From Felis catus (taxonomy: Eukaryota): a DNA stretch of 64,000 nt. Below, one piece after another: positions 37,501-50,900 of this stretch (position 1 is the first letter of the stretch; each line of letters starts with the position of its first letter). Below the pieces are notes generated by a model that was not told where the DNA came from, searched no databases, and worked only from the letters and a program-made list of their open reading frames with translations. A program made the position numbers and the translations under genes. The stretch is from assembly GCF_018350175.1 (NCBI RefSeq), contig NC_058368.1, positions 238,640,001 to 238,704,000 of the forward strand, read 5' to 3'.

Positions 37501-40500
37501 GACCGTGGGAGCCCCGGGAGCAGGCCCGGGGTGGGTAGGTGAGGTCCAGGCACAAGGCCCCGTTGCCCTGGCAGTTTCCACTGCCCCTCACTACCGCCCG
37601 TGACACTGGCTCCCGTGGGAGGGGCTGAGGCCAGGTTGCCGGCCAGCCTGGGCCCCAGGACACTGGTCTGGGTGAGCCGGGCAGGAACGGCCAGAGAGGT
37701 CACACTGAGGGTATGTGGCCTCCGACATTTCTGAAGGGGGTTTGATGGACCTGCGTTGCTGAGCAGGAATGCGTGCCTGTCCCAGTGTTTCCTCGGAGCT
37801 GACGGCCCTCGGGGGTCTGGGCAGGCAGGAGGGCCCCGCCTCTGCTGGCGCAGGCCTGCTGGTGAGGCCGCCCCCACGTTGGTCCCCGGGGAGGGCTTTG
37901 GGGAGAAGGCAATCAGGGCCAGCATCTCATGTTCTCAGACCCCGAGGGTGTTGCAGTGAGCTTCTCGAGTTTCCACCAAGATTTATGTGAAAAGAAGTTA
38001 CTTGTGGAACCAGAACAAGGTGTGACGGCAAAGCGGTGTTTTGGCGTCTGAAGCTCTAAAGAAAGTGGGAGGCCTTCCTTTGTTCTTTGATCACGGGTGT
38101 CCTGACCGAGGGGTGGGACGGGGGCACAGGAAACCTGTGCACGAGGACAGAGGACCGAGCCTGGGTGTGTCCGCAGGGCAGGGGACGGTGGGGCCCCTGG
38201 GGGGTGGAATCTTCTCGTTAAAGGGCTATAAACCCCGTTTAGTGCTCAAGTCCTACAGGCTTTCTACCTTCCACGCTCTTGGAATGTTACTCGCATCTCA
38301 CAAAAACAACATGAAGCCCCAGCAGGGTTTCCGGGGTGCTCTGGAGGTGGGGATACCACCTTCCTGGCTCCAGATTCCGCCCTGCAGACGCTCCTTCGGC
38401 ACCGCCTCCCACCGGGATCCGCCCGCAGGGTGGGGGCAGGGTGGGGCGGTACAGCCAGTCAGGTGGCAGTGGCCATCAGATTACCCTCCAGGGGGCATTG
38501 GAGGCTGTGGAGAGGACAGCGTTTTTAAGATACGGCCATTTGTCACTTAGAGCTACAAAATTATTTTGAAAGCTTTCCAAGCTACAGAAAAGTGCCACAG
38601 TCGTCAGAGTGCTCACACCCCCGACAAGCCCGTGAGTCCTCTCCCTCCGTGGGCCCTTCCACCTGGCGACTCCTGCCTTCTTGTTCCCGTGTCCTCAGGT
38701 GACAGTGACGTGTTTGAGGAGTCAGGCCATTGTTTTGCAGAACTTGGAAAGCTTGCCCCTCCCTCCTTGAGAGGGACAGGTGTCCCCAGGGCAGGCCGCA
38801 GGGCTTCTGAGCGGGGAGCCGCCCAGAGGGGCCAGACTCAGGGTCACGGGGAGGAGCCTGGGGGGGGGGTCGGTGTGAGCCTGGGGCGGAGGGGCCAGAC
38901 ACAGGGTCCAGGCTGCCACTGTGGCACTGTCTGGGCGTCCACTGCCCCTGACTGCTGCCCTCTTTCGGAGCCACAGCCTGAGGGCCAGACTTGGGGTCTG
39001 CAGGGCCCATCCTGGCCGTGGGTGGTCCCCTCAGACAGAATTCTCCCCGTCCCACCAGCCCCGAGGGTCCTGGTGCCACAGAGCGGTGAGGACTCCAGAA
39101 GTGGCCTCTCCCCTCCAGGGCTTCTGTCCCCCCTCTGCCCTCACATCCCACCCTGCCAGGGACGGCTCGCCACACTTGTTCTGACCAAGTAACTTTGGCT
39201 TTAGGTAAAGGGGTCTCCCTCCCCTCCCCTGCTCCTGGAGCCTTTCTGGTTCTTTCTGCTCACCCCACTTCCTCCTTATTTCCCCTCCCCCTTGGCCCTC
39301 AGTCCCAGCAGCAGTGTGGGACATCTGCTCCCTTTTCCTCAGGACTGGCCCCAGGCCCCTGGGGTGTGCACTTGGGTGGGTGCCAGGCCCTCCCGGCCTC
39401 AAGGCGCTGACTTACTGCCCGAGGTGGTCCCGGGCCTCCCAGAGCTGGCCTCTTGCCTGGACCCAGGGCAGCCGACGCCCCTTCCCTCTCACACCCTCCT
39501 TGGTGGTTCCTGGACAGCGAGCTCCCGGGCCGCAAAGACGAGCTGAAATCTTGAGCCTGGAAAGTTGGAGGGTCAGCCACAGCCTCTGAAAAAGAAGGGA
39601 GGAGAGAGTCCTCTGCCAGTCCCCCAGCTCCCTGTGAGTGGCCCTTAACCTCTGGACCTCAGTTCCCTCACGTGTGAAGGTGTTGGCCCCACTAAAGAGC
39701 TCCTGTGGTCACCTGGCCCTGGCCGCAGACCACTAGGGTGGAAGGGGGCTGGCAGTCCCCTTGCCCTTCCAAGCTCCCCCCACCCCGGGACAATAACTTG
39801 AGTTTGGAGAGGCCTGGTCACTGACCTGCCCAGCACCTCCGGGCAAGGTGCCTCTGTTCCCGCACCCCTACCCTTCAGCACCACACTCTAGTTTTGCTGA
39901 GCGATGCCCGCCCCGTTCAATGAAGCTGGCCCTTCTCTGAGAAGGACACCTGGAACCCGTCTATATTTTGGGTGGGTGGCCTTTTCCCCACCTTTCTGGC
40001 TGCTGCGCCGGGAAGGCAGCTGAAGCCACCCAATGCCTTCCACCCGACACTCAGACCTCTCTGGGGACCCCTGTCTCTCCTTTGTGGGAGGCAGGGTGTG
40101 AGGACAGACAAGGTACAGTCCTGGTCCCCTGCTGGCCCAGGCCAGCTGCAGAAAGCTAGCGCTCACACTGGGTGGGGGGTGGGAGCTGGGGGAGGGAGGG
40201 GAGTCGGGCCACCCTACTGTCTTCTTTTTTCTGTCTTTCATTGGAAATGGATTTTCTGAATTTGTTTTTATATTGTTCGGTTGTTAATATGAAAAAAGGA
40301 AGAGAAAATGCAGAACTTTGTAATCCCCAGGACCTCCCAGCTGCCATTTTTTTAGGCCTATCGGAACATTCTCGCACATTTTTCAAACCTGATCAGACCA
40401 CTCTGGTTAGCCTGTTATGGTGTGTATGGTGAAATAGTAGACGTGTTTTGGGGTGGGTCACTGCACCAGATGCCATAACTCACTTTCCTTTTGGTGGACG

Positions 40501-40949
40501 TTCTGTTCTCTACTTTTCCCGTGTCCTTTGTTAATGAGCGCACCAGGGGCTGGAAGATAGGGGGCCGGTGCTTCCCAGGGCTGTGCTTGGCCTTCTTTCC
40601 CTGGCTGCAGGGCCCAGATGAAGGAAAAGGAGGGCTCCCCAGGGTGGAGGCCGGGAAAGGCAAGGCCGGGGGTCCTCTGTGGGCCTGGACCTGTCTCAGA
40701 GCTTCGGTAACTTGTGTCTGGGTTCTGTCAGTCGAGGGCTGAGCCCCAACAGCAGCCTCTGCCTCCCACCCTATGCCAGGCATGGCTCCTTAAGGTTGTG
40801 GGTGCTCCTGAGCCAGGCGGGGAGGAGGGAAAGGGGAGACCAGATCCGCGCACGGTGTGGTGAGCGGGTGGGGGGTAATGCTCTGTCCTGGAGGGGGCCA
40901 GACTGCGTGTGGGAGGACCTTGCGGGCGCAGGCCTCCAGGGAACGCGGC

Positions 40950-41600
40950 GGCTTGGAGGCTAGTGCGGGCAAGGGCCCCCTCCGGGCAGGGTGACAGAGC
41001 AGGAGCGGATTGTCACCCGCTGGGGGAGGCGCGACCCCGGGGGCGCGGGCCGTCCCCGAGCGCAGGCTGGGGGAGGGGACCTCTGCGGAAGGCGCCCCGC
41101 CCCGCTCCGCCCCGCCCCGCTGCGCGCAAACTTTTCCGGAGGCCTAGGGGGACGGCAGGTGAGGTCACGTGGCCAGGGGGCGGGGCGAGCCGGGCCGGGG
41201 GGCGGGGGCGGCCGGCGCGGACCCCGCCCCTGCTCCCAAGTCCCGCGGCGCGTCGGCGGAGCGCGGGCCGGAGCGCGGGCCGGAGCCGGAGTCGGAACGC
41301 CATGCCTACCAACTTCACCGTGGTGCCCGTGGAGGCGCGGGCGGACGGCTGCCAGGACGCGGCGGCCGAGGGGACCGAGGGGACCGAGGCGCCGGGGCCC
41401 CCCGAGGGCGAGCCCGACTGCCAGAGCCCGGGTGAGCGCGGCCGCACCTGCCCGCGGGACAAAGGCGGAGCCGGGCTGCGCGGGGCCCGGGGGCGGCCGG
41501 GAGGAGAGGCAGCCCCGGAGGGGGCGGAGGGCGAGCCGGGAGGGGCCGGGAGCGGGGACGCGGGGAGGCCGGCCTCCTCGAGGAACGGGTGCGGGGCTTC
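40950..41600 (+). promoter_or_regulatory. CpG island / promoter of the canonical SLC12A7 exon 1, with E-box and GC boxes
   Basis: Dense CpG; GTCACGTG at 41164-41171; GGGGCGGGG boxes at about 41177 and 41199; TATA-less. Confidence 0.88.
41302..41431 (+). CDS. SLC12A7: SLC12A7 (KCC4) canonical first coding exon (1b)
   Basis: MPTNFTVVPVEARADG...EAPGPPEGEPDCQSP(G), the known KCC4 N-terminus; gccATG; donor CGG|GTGAGC in phase 1. Confidence 0.96.
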
Positions 41601-44600
41601 CTTCCACCCACTCTCCCCAACTCCTTCCCTTGGAGGCTCCCCCTCCCCACGGTCCCTCTCTCCCCCTGATCTCACCTCCCACGAACCCCCCCCTTACCCC
41701 CCCCACCCCTGTCCCCGCACCCCCACTGCCTGCAGAGCCCCCTCGCCAAGCCTGTCCCCGGGGCTCAGGGCCCCTGCTGCGCCTATGCTCCCAGGGACTG
41801 CGGGCTCCGCTTTGCTGCCCCCTGCGTGTCCCAGCCCCACGGGGACACAGGAAGCACCTTCTTTCTCGCACTCTCGGTGGGACGGGAGGAGGTATGGGAC
41901 GCCCAGTGTAGCTATGGAAACGGGGAGGGGCCTCGCCCTGCCTGAGAACCCCCAGCCCCGGGTCCCGCAGTCCGGGTAGGGCCGCGGGGTTGGGGCCGCC
42001 CCAGTGCCTTCCTGCTTCCTTTCTGTTGCCTTTGCTCTGCCCTTGCGCGCTGGGGCAAAGGGCTCCGGCCAGATAAGCCCCGGCTGGGAGCCCAGCTTTG
42101 GGCGCCGCCTCGCCTGGCCGCCGACAAACCCGCTCTCTGGGGTCGTCGGCAGGAAGGCCGGCAGGTTCCCACGGGCTGGGGGAGGGGCCGCCCCATCCTG
42201 CAGAGCCTGGCGCTGGCCGGCGAGGGTCCTCCTCACCCTCTTTGTTTCCGGAATCAGGAGACGTCTAGCGCTTTCACTTTCTCTGGGGGGGGGGGGGGAT
42301 CCCGGATCCCCGATCCCCCAGGCCTGCTCCCTCTGTCCTGCAGTCTTCAGACCCCGGGTTCTCTGTGGCTGATGAACGGGTCACCCTCAGTAGCTGCCCT
42401 CTAGAATTGGGGGTCGTCAGAGGACAGCCCACAGCCCCAGGTCTCACTCCTCTGCGGTTGGGCAGAGGCTCCCTGCTCCAGGGGTTAAGGAAAGAGGGCC
42501 TCAGACCGCTGGGGGCCCTCTACCCTGGCTGGTTAGGTCAGGCATCTCCTGAGAGCAACCAGTGTCAGGTGCCCCGGGGAAGGCTCTGTCCTCATTGGGC
42601 TGTCCCTCCGTGTCCTTGTCTGCCTGCGGGGGTCTGGGACTGGTCACCGCCCCTGCCTGGCTCGAGGGCTTGAAAGCGGGTGGCCTGTGAAGGCAGCCTG
42701 GGTGCCCGGCCCTCCGTGGTTCTGAGGGTGCTCCTGCGTGATCTTCCTGGGTGCACTGTGTTACAGCGGCCACATCAAGTGCATCGTGTTCCCAGAGGAG
42801 CCTCTCCTGCCTCGCCTGGGTGTCCCGCTTCCCGTCAGCCGGCCCCTTCTCCGGCGGATTGCGGTCCTATCTTTCGAGACTTGGAGTGCATCTTGTTTTG
42901 AAGTTGGGGTGATTTTCTTCCTGCCCATTTCCTCCTGCCCGAGGGCCCGAGGGCTGGGCACTGCCGCTGCCCGGAGAGCTGGGCCTCTTGCCCAGCTGGG
43001 CTGGTGGGGGGCCGGGGTCCGAGCCCCCGCCCACCGTCTCATCCTCTGACCCCTTCAATTCTGTCCCGGACTCCTCAGGAACCTCACTGCCTGTGGGAGC
43101 TGAGTGTCGGGAGCTCAGGCAGATGCCAGGCGTGGGCCGCGTGCTTGCCTGGTGACGAAGCCTCGGTCCCCGGGCCGTGCTCTCGCTCAGCTGAGCCAGC
43201 ACAGAAGTCAGCTGGGTCTTTGAGTTTTGTATTCTCCGGTCTTCATCTTCCCTCAGGAAGAGACAGGGTGGAGCCCCCTGCGTGGTCACTGCTCGGGGAG
43301 GGGCCTCTGCTAGGCTGGACTCTGATGTTGCACGTGAGCTTTCAGAGCCCATTTGGTGCTCAGGGTGCCGTGTGACTGGCACTGTGTCGTGTGGCCAGCG
43401 TGACGGTCACTCTAGTGGAGGAAAAGTCCTTAGCGAGCTGGGAAGGCCCGGCAGGAGCCTCTCCTGAAGGCTGAGATCCCCGCCAGTGGCCAAGCCTGGC
43501 TCCATCACAGGACCGCTGGTGCTTCTGACTGGCCGATCCCCTGGGGAATCTCCTGGCTTTCTGGGTGGGCCTCCCGGCGGTGGTGGCGAAGCAACACTGA
43601 GGGGGCCCTTCTGGGGTGTTTTTGGAAGCCCGGAGCTGTCTGGAAATAGGGGGCCTGAGACTCCAGCTGGGGGTCAGGGGCCAGGGTGTGCTGAGAGCGG
43701 GTGGGAGTCAGGGAGGAGTACTGCTCCCCTCATAGGCCCACCTGGCCTGGCAGAGCTCGGAGGGACTGTCCCCTGCGGTGGCTGCGGTCCTGAGCTGGAC
43801 GGAGCCTTTACGCCATCGGCCTGCCGCAGCTCCACGCACACCAGGCAGATGCGTCGTGAAGCTGGGTCCTATCTTGTGGCCGTGGAGGCCCCCACTGCTG
43901 CTGGCCTTCAGCATGGAGGCTGGAGGACGCCAGCGCTGACCTTAGCTGCCCGGCTGGTGGGCCTGTGGCTGGTGCTTTAGAGCCAGGAAAACGTGGCCCT
44001 TCACCCGGGTGGTGCTTAATGCAGGCCTGGGCACGGGGAGGCCAGGGTCAGCACCGGCTTCTGCCGTGAACCCTCCTTGCCTCCCTACCTGCTTCAGGGG
44101 AGGTAGGGGCGTGTTCTGGATGACAGCTTTGTCTTGCCTGGGGGGCGGGGGTGGGGAGCCGTGCCTTCTTGAGGACCTTTAATGTCCTGCATTTTCTTGT
44201 GATTGGAGATCGCAGGCGGAAAGGATGGGTTAGTTCCGTCCCTTGGTGTTGTGTTTCTTGGTGGAAGTATCTTCCGGGAGGGAGGTGGTGGGGAGTGCGG
44301 ATGCTTCTTTCCTGACTTCCAAGTGTGAGGTTTTTAGGGACTTCTGGGAACCTTCCTGAGTGTTGGGCCTGGGTGGAGCCCCCTCCAGGCCCTGTGAGGG
44401 CTCTGGAGCTGGCAGGTGTGCAAGTGAGGCATGGCCGCAGGCCCTGGGCCCCCACTGAGGTCAGTGGGCTCAGCCCTTGGAGGGTTGACCCGGCCGGTAG
44501 CCCTATGTCCCCGTCCCTGGCTGAGACTCCTGTTCCTCACTCCCCAGGGCTCTGACCCCAGCCTCGTCCTCACCCTGTCACTGTTCCCCTTTTTGGATTC

Positions 44601-47363
44601 CTGTCTGTGACTTCTGCTCTGCAGCTCAGCTCCTGGGGGCACCCAAGGGTCTCCTCCCGGCCCTCTGAAGGGGGCTCTGCTTCCCTGGGCGCGGCAGCCA
44701 GGGCAGCGGGCAGCGCTCCGAAGCCACGGCCCTGGACCTCAAGCGACTTCTCTCTCGGCGCCGCGGGTGGCTGCTGCCCGGGATGGGGGGGTCGCCGCTG
44801 CCGGAGTGGTTGAGCTCGCCTGGGGTGGGGGCAAGGGTTCAGTGAGCTGTGTGGTTCTGGAGAGCGGCCAGGACGGCGGCTTCCGGGTTCGGTTCTGCTG
44901 GGCGAGGACACGGGGTTTCAGGAAGGGAGGGAGGCGGCCCGCCATCCCGTTGGCAGAGAGTCCGTAGCTGGCGCAAGCTCCCAGCACCGTCTTGGAAACG
45001 GCTATCAGCGGTCATTGTGTCTCATTGTGTCGTTGAGGGAGACGTCGTGATACTAGACGGCGGGTGGGGGAAGGGGCTACCACACGTGCGTGTGTGCCCA
45101 GAGTCAGTTTCCGGTGGGGAAGCGGCAAGGTGGAAGCACGCGTGGGGCGTGTTCCCACGTCTCTGTGCGCCTGTTGGGCTCCCAGACGGTCTTCCTGGGG
45201 GAGGCCCTTGGCTCGACTAGGTCCCCTGCTGGGCTCGTGTGTGTGCACACGTGGGCTGTGTATCCGTGTGCATGTGTGTGCACGCATGTGGGCTGTGTGT
45301 GCACGCACGGGGAGGCAGGCACAGGGGCTTGGTGGTCACGTGGTGTTGGGGTGTCAGGGCATCTGTTCTTGCCCTCTCAGCCCAGTGACGTGGCTGGAGG
45401 TGTCATTCAGGGGGTGTCTGTTGCCACCCGGGCTGAGGAAGTGGTGGTGAGACACGTCTGTGCCTCTGATGTGAGATCTGTTCCCATGACCATTATGAGG
45501 AAACTTGCCACATAGATCCCTGAGTGTGTTGTTCTAGAAAGTTCCCTAGACATTCTCAGTGTGATGCTGCTATGCTGCGACGGGTATCTGAGCTGTGGAC
45601 ACCATTGGCCGTGCTAGCTGCTTGTGGGGGGGTGGCTGCCGTGAGTTCGGCACGAGGGGCGCCTGTGAGGGTCTGCCTCTCGTGGCCGCTCCCCGAGGGG
45701 CTGCGCAGTTACAGGGCCCGCAGGGCAGTTCTGTGAAGACTGGAGCGTCCACCACGGCTGGCGTCCATTGTGGCCTTGGGTGCGTCAGTGTTCAGATCAG
45801 CGTGTGTCCTGCTCCTGGGGACGTGGAGGCTGCGGGGCCAGCACATGATTTGAGGTGCGTTGGGGACAGTGGAGTGCCCTGTGGTGCTGGGTGTCAGCAT
45901 GGCCTCGTGGAAGGGGACGCTTGGGTGCCGGGATGGTGGTGCCAGGGGGAGAGTGGCCAGGGGGCAGGCTAGGCCTCTCCATGCGGAGACCGGCCTGTTC
46001 TGGTTCTGATGTCCCTGGCTGTGTGGCTGTCATGACTGGGGGGGGGGGGGGCATCTCTGAGCTGTAGCCTCCCCGTGGGGGTGGGTGAGTCCTGGTGAAC
46101 CCCCGACCCAGTCACCGTTCGCAAGGTGGGCTGTGGCTGACCCCACAGACGGACCCTCTGCTCACTTGGCCTTCCCTGGTGACGCGGGCACTTGGGTCTG
46201 TGGCTGTGCCCGTATCCGTGTGCTGGACCAGCAGGGGTCAGGCTGTCTGTGGGTGATCGGTGGCCCCCCTGGAATGCCGCCCTCCCCCCGGGTGTGTGTG
46301 AAAAGCAGTGCCCTCCGGGGTGAGCCTGGCCCCAGACAGGGAGGCGCGATGAGTCAGAGTTTGAAGCCATGGGACACTGAGATGACCCAGGGGAATTCCG
46401 TGGATGGGCCGGCCGGCGTGGAGCCTTGCTGCCCAGTGCAGGGGGTGGTGGCCGGGGGGGGGGGCGTGGGGTATGTGGGCTCTGCACGGACTGGGGGGCC
46501 GGCCTCTCGTGCCTGTGAGCAGGAAGGAGCCGACTCTGGCGGCTGCGGGGCTTGGATGTGGAGAGGCCGCTGTGCTGGGCGTCCTTGGACACCGTCACCT
46601 GCCTCTCTCTGCTGGGGGTGCTCCGTGGGGCCTGTGCGTTGTTGGTGTTGTGGGCACGGTCGGAGATTGTGGGGCCCCCTACTCACCTTGCTGAGGGGCT
46701 GGGGGCCACGGGGCATTGCCCACCCTCAGAGGTTAAGGCTCAAGTGAGTTTCGGGGTATTTCTTTCAAGGAAATGGCCTCAAGTGTTCCCTGCTTACCCT
46801 GTGTCCCTGGGGGGTGTGGATGGAGTTCTCGGGGGGTTAGGTGCCCCACAGGGGCGGCCGGAGTGGGCCCGAGGTTCTCGTGCTCGGTGGGATCCTGCGG
46901 GTGAGTGGCGGGGGGGGGGTACTGCCCACCGCAGAACCCTCTGTCAGGGCGCTGACTGGGTGACCCCTGGGTGGGCCCGGGCTCCTGCGTCGGAGGACCG
47001 GTGACCTTGGGCCAGGAACACCTTCCCAGGGCTGCTGTCCGTGGGGGCCGCCGCAGAAGGCCGTTCCTCATCCCTGCACAGCTGGGGCAGCTGGCGTTCG
47101 GTTGATTGTGATTGTGGGGACCCTGGCCCAGGGTCTGCCGCTGTCACCCACAGTGGGGTGTGCGTTTTGCGAGCCGGGTCGGGCGCTGCAGCCGTGAGCC
47201 CGCAGGGCAGAGCGTGTTGTTAGGTGTTACCACCGCCCAAGGGCAGGCGCGCTGGCTGGGCGCCCCCTGCGGTGTGTCGCCTTAGCCAACAGCTGTGCCG
47301 GGCAGGTGGGCGTCTCCAGGTCTCCAGCTCTGCCCTCGGCGGGGCCAGAGGAAGGCCCACTGC

Positions 47364-47365
<2 letters not shown>

Positions 47366-47403
<38 letters not shown>

Positions 47404-47413
47404 CGGGGGGGGG
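47366..47413. repeat. Poly-G tract (G38-C-G9)
   Basis: Read directly. Confidence 0.9.
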
Positions 47414-47848
47414 AGCCTTGGACGAGGACCCAGCAGGCCTGCGGAGTTGTGGCACCCGGGAACACGTGAGCCTGTCTCCCCGGCGGTGGGAGTTTGGGCC
47501 TTGGCAGTCGGGGCAGCTAGGTGTGGGCACCTGCTGGGGACAGACCCGCGCAGGCCTGGGCTCCCTTCTGGGGGGCTCTAGGGCAGTGCTGTTGGCGGAG
47601 ACAGCACAGAGGCTTAACGTCTCCTTTTGTGAAAAGGAGGGAAACTCCCTGTTCGGAGCAGAGGCCTGGTTTGTGCAGATAAGCTCAGCAGCTCCAGCAG
47701 GACTAGGGCCGGACAAAGTGAGGTGCCCCGGCCAGCTGTGCTGTTTGCACCCCGGCTCCCTTGTCCGTGGCTGTTGGCATCATGTGGGTCCTCGAACCTC
47801 TTGCCAGGAGCCCCGGTGAGCAGGCCTCAACCAGGTGTCCGAGGGGGG

Positions 47849-47976
47849 ACAGGGTGAGTGGCTCCCGTGTCCTGGGGGGAGGTGGACAGGGTGAGTGGGC
47901 CCCACCAGGTGACCCCCGTGTCCTGGGGGATCACAGGGTGAGTGGGCCCCACCAGGTGGCCCCCGTGTCCCGGGGT
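47849..47976. repeat. Three-copy imperfect tandem repeat (about 37-47 bp)
   Basis: ACAGGGTGAGTGG...CCCGTGTCC(T/C)GGGG starting at 47849, 47886 and 47933. Confidence 0.85.
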
Positions 47977-50900
47977 GGGGGCGGTGGTCCGCCAGGCTGC
48001 TTCCCTGGTGGAGGGCTGAGGTGTCCGTCCAAGTCTTGGCCGGGTCTCCCGCTCCTGTGTCTCTGGCCCCGTTGTGCCTTGGGCGGGTTTCCTGTCTTGC
48101 GGTTTCTTCTGGAGGGACAGGTGGGGGAGGAGGCGGAGGTGCCGCCCTGAGTCCTGTGTGGTCTGGGGTGGTATGGGGGCGGCCGCGGAATCACGCCGGG
48201 GTGGGGGGGAGCTTGCCGACACCTCGGCAGAGAGGGAGCGGCTACCGGGACTCAGTGCCGGGCCGCTGGGCCCGTGTCCGTTCGGGGGGTGGGGGGACGC
48301 GTGCAGGTGGCGTGAGCGGCGGCTTCCTGCAGGGTGCTGGCCGCAGCCACCCCTGCGTCCCCATTTGTGCTGGCCTCTGCTCCTGGAGCGCCGCGGGGCC
48401 CGCAGGAGAGCATCTCGTGCCTCAGTTTCCCTGTCCAGGAGCCGGCCTGTCGCAGGGGTGGCCGTGATCTCTCGGCTGTGTCGTCGGCCGGTTCCCAGGG
48501 AGGCTCCGCAGTCACTGGGGAGGGATCGAGTTGGGCCGAAACCAGAGGAGTGGCCGCGGGTCAGTCTTGGGTTTCCTCCTCCCTGAGCCGCAGTGTCTCC
48601 GTCACCGCCAGACGGGAGCCTGTGTCCGTAACAGGAGCCGCCCCAGGAGGCGGCTGAGGGCCCGGTGCCCCTGGCGGAATCTCCCCACCCCCTCCTTGGG
48701 CCTGGTCGCCAACTGCAGATCCTGACGTGGAGGAGGTCGCGGGAGAGGGCAGACCAGAGTGGGCAAACAGCCAGGTGACCGATGGGAGTGGGAGTCCGTC
48801 ATTCCTTGTGCGGGGTGGGGGCGGGGGGGAGGCATGCCCCTTCAGGAAAGGCCGTGAGGCCGTCAGAAGTGTGGTCCCCAGAGACGTGTGGGAGTGCGTG
48901 TGCCCGGGCGCGCCTGTGCCGTTCATCTGTCAGTGCATGTGATCGTGCACATGTGTGGTCTGTATCTGTGCACACGAGTGTGCCCGCGTGCCGGGCCTGT
49001 GCCAGCGCCTGTGACTGTGCACACGGGTGGTCTGTGTGTCCTGGAATTTTCCGGGCACTCCTCCCTCTTTGCAGTTTTTCTTCATTGGTGCCTCCTGGTA
49101 GCCGAGTGTCCCCTGGGATGTTCCCTCTTTTGGGGCCGTGAGTGTGGGATCTGAAGAAAACGTCCCAGAGGCGGAGTCTTCGCCTGGTCTCTGGGGTGGC
49201 GGCAGCGAGTTGCTGCGGTGGCCTGGTGGCCGTGGTCGGGCCGGGAGGGGGCTGCGCTCCTCCAGCGTCTGAAGCCGACCTTCTCCCAGAGGTCCCCGAG
49301 ATGGTTCCCCAGGCAAGCGGGAGGGCAAGCGGGAGATGGGGGGAGCCTGGGGGGCTTTGTCCCCGAGGCCACACTGCCCCTCCGACCATGAGGCTGCTCA
49401 CGGGGGTCAGCTGCTTTTGGGTCACACCTGGTGTCACATGGGTGCTGGGGTCAGGATGCGTCTGATGCTTTGGAAGTGAGGGCTCCATCCTTGCCGGGAG
49501 GCCTCTGGGAGCCGTAGGCAGGCCCCCCTGCCACTCCTCTGTGGTGCTGGGCTCCACGAGGCCAGTCAGATGCACACGGAGGTCACTCATGTGGTGGACC
49601 CGGCGTTAGGCAGATCGTGCCTCCGTCCCGTGTCAGGGACCCCAGACTGGAGCAGAAGTGTGACCCTGGCCTTCAATGAAGGGATTTGTTTTTGGTGGGC
49701 GCACCGGGCGCGGGGTGAAGGAAACAGGTGAGACGTACTAACGTGAGCTAGTCCGTGTGGAACTCGGGGAGGAGTGTCTCGGGCCTCCGTCCCTCCCCCG
49801 CGACCCCGGCGGTGGCCCCGCAGGCCCGGGTGGGCGGGCTCAGCGGACACCCGAGGGGGCCCTTGGCTGGGCCGGGGCCGGGGCCGGGCGGGCAGGAAGG
49901 GCGTCCGCTTTCCCATCGGCTTCCCTGTGGGGCACACGCGTCCCTGAGACGGCCCTTCCTTCCGCTTTCCTGGGGACCTGGGGCGGGAAAGGCTGGCGCG
50001 TGGTCCCGGGATAGGATGCCTCGCATGGTGCGAGCAGGCGTCTGGGGCGGCGGGCGGCGGGGGGTAGTTGTCACGCTTCTTGCCCTCATTCTATTTCCTC
50101 TGGTTTCGACACGGAGAGCGTTTCTGTTTTAGCCAGAAACGTGCCGTGAAAACCGCGGGGACTGTGACCTGAGCCTGGCAGCGTTTGCTGGCTGGACACA
50201 GAACTCACCCTCCGGCCCAGGAGGAGCCTGCTGGCCTGGGTTCCGGAATCCAGGTTGCAGCACTGGTCCTGGATGTGATGCGTGGAGGGCAGGGGGCAAG
50301 GCCCAGGGGTCAGGAATCCGCTGTTAGGGGCTGTGGAGCCGAGAAACACCTCATTCCGGCCGTAACGGGGTTTCAGAGAGGTCCTGGCCACGGGCCGTGC
50401 TCCGGGCTCTGGCACCGGATGCACCAGGGAGCCACTGGGGGGGGGGGGGACTCCATCCTGCTGGAGGTGCCCTGCATGTCTGGGGTCCAGCACAAGCGGA
50501 GCAGAGCCTGCGTTTGGGGGCAGGAGGGGGGTGGCCGCCGACCCTCCCAAGTCAGTCTGTGCCCCTTTCTTGGGAGCGGTTCACGGAGAGACACTGGTAA
50601 ATCCTGGATGCAAACCTGGAGGCGGAGGGAGGTGGGGAGTGATGTGAGGCTCACTCGGGAGGAGGAGACCAAGCCAGGGGACGGCGGCTGATGGACGCTG
50701 TAACCCGAGAAGGGACAGGGACGCGGGGGCTTCTGGCCCTCAGGGCTGCAGGAGGACACTGTTGTCAGCAGCAACTGGGGCTCTGGGCTCCAGTTGGTAG
50801 CAGACCACCGGGGTCTGGGCTCTGGACTCCTGGTCGGTGGCTGGCCTCCCTGCCTCCTTGGGCCCCTGCCTCCCTCTCCCGGGGCATCCCTGCCCTGCCT

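Noticed and set aside
40909..41979. Overlapping 300-350 aa ORFs on both strands
   Set aside because: Stop-poor CpG island; only 41302-41431 matches KCC4 and has a splice donor.
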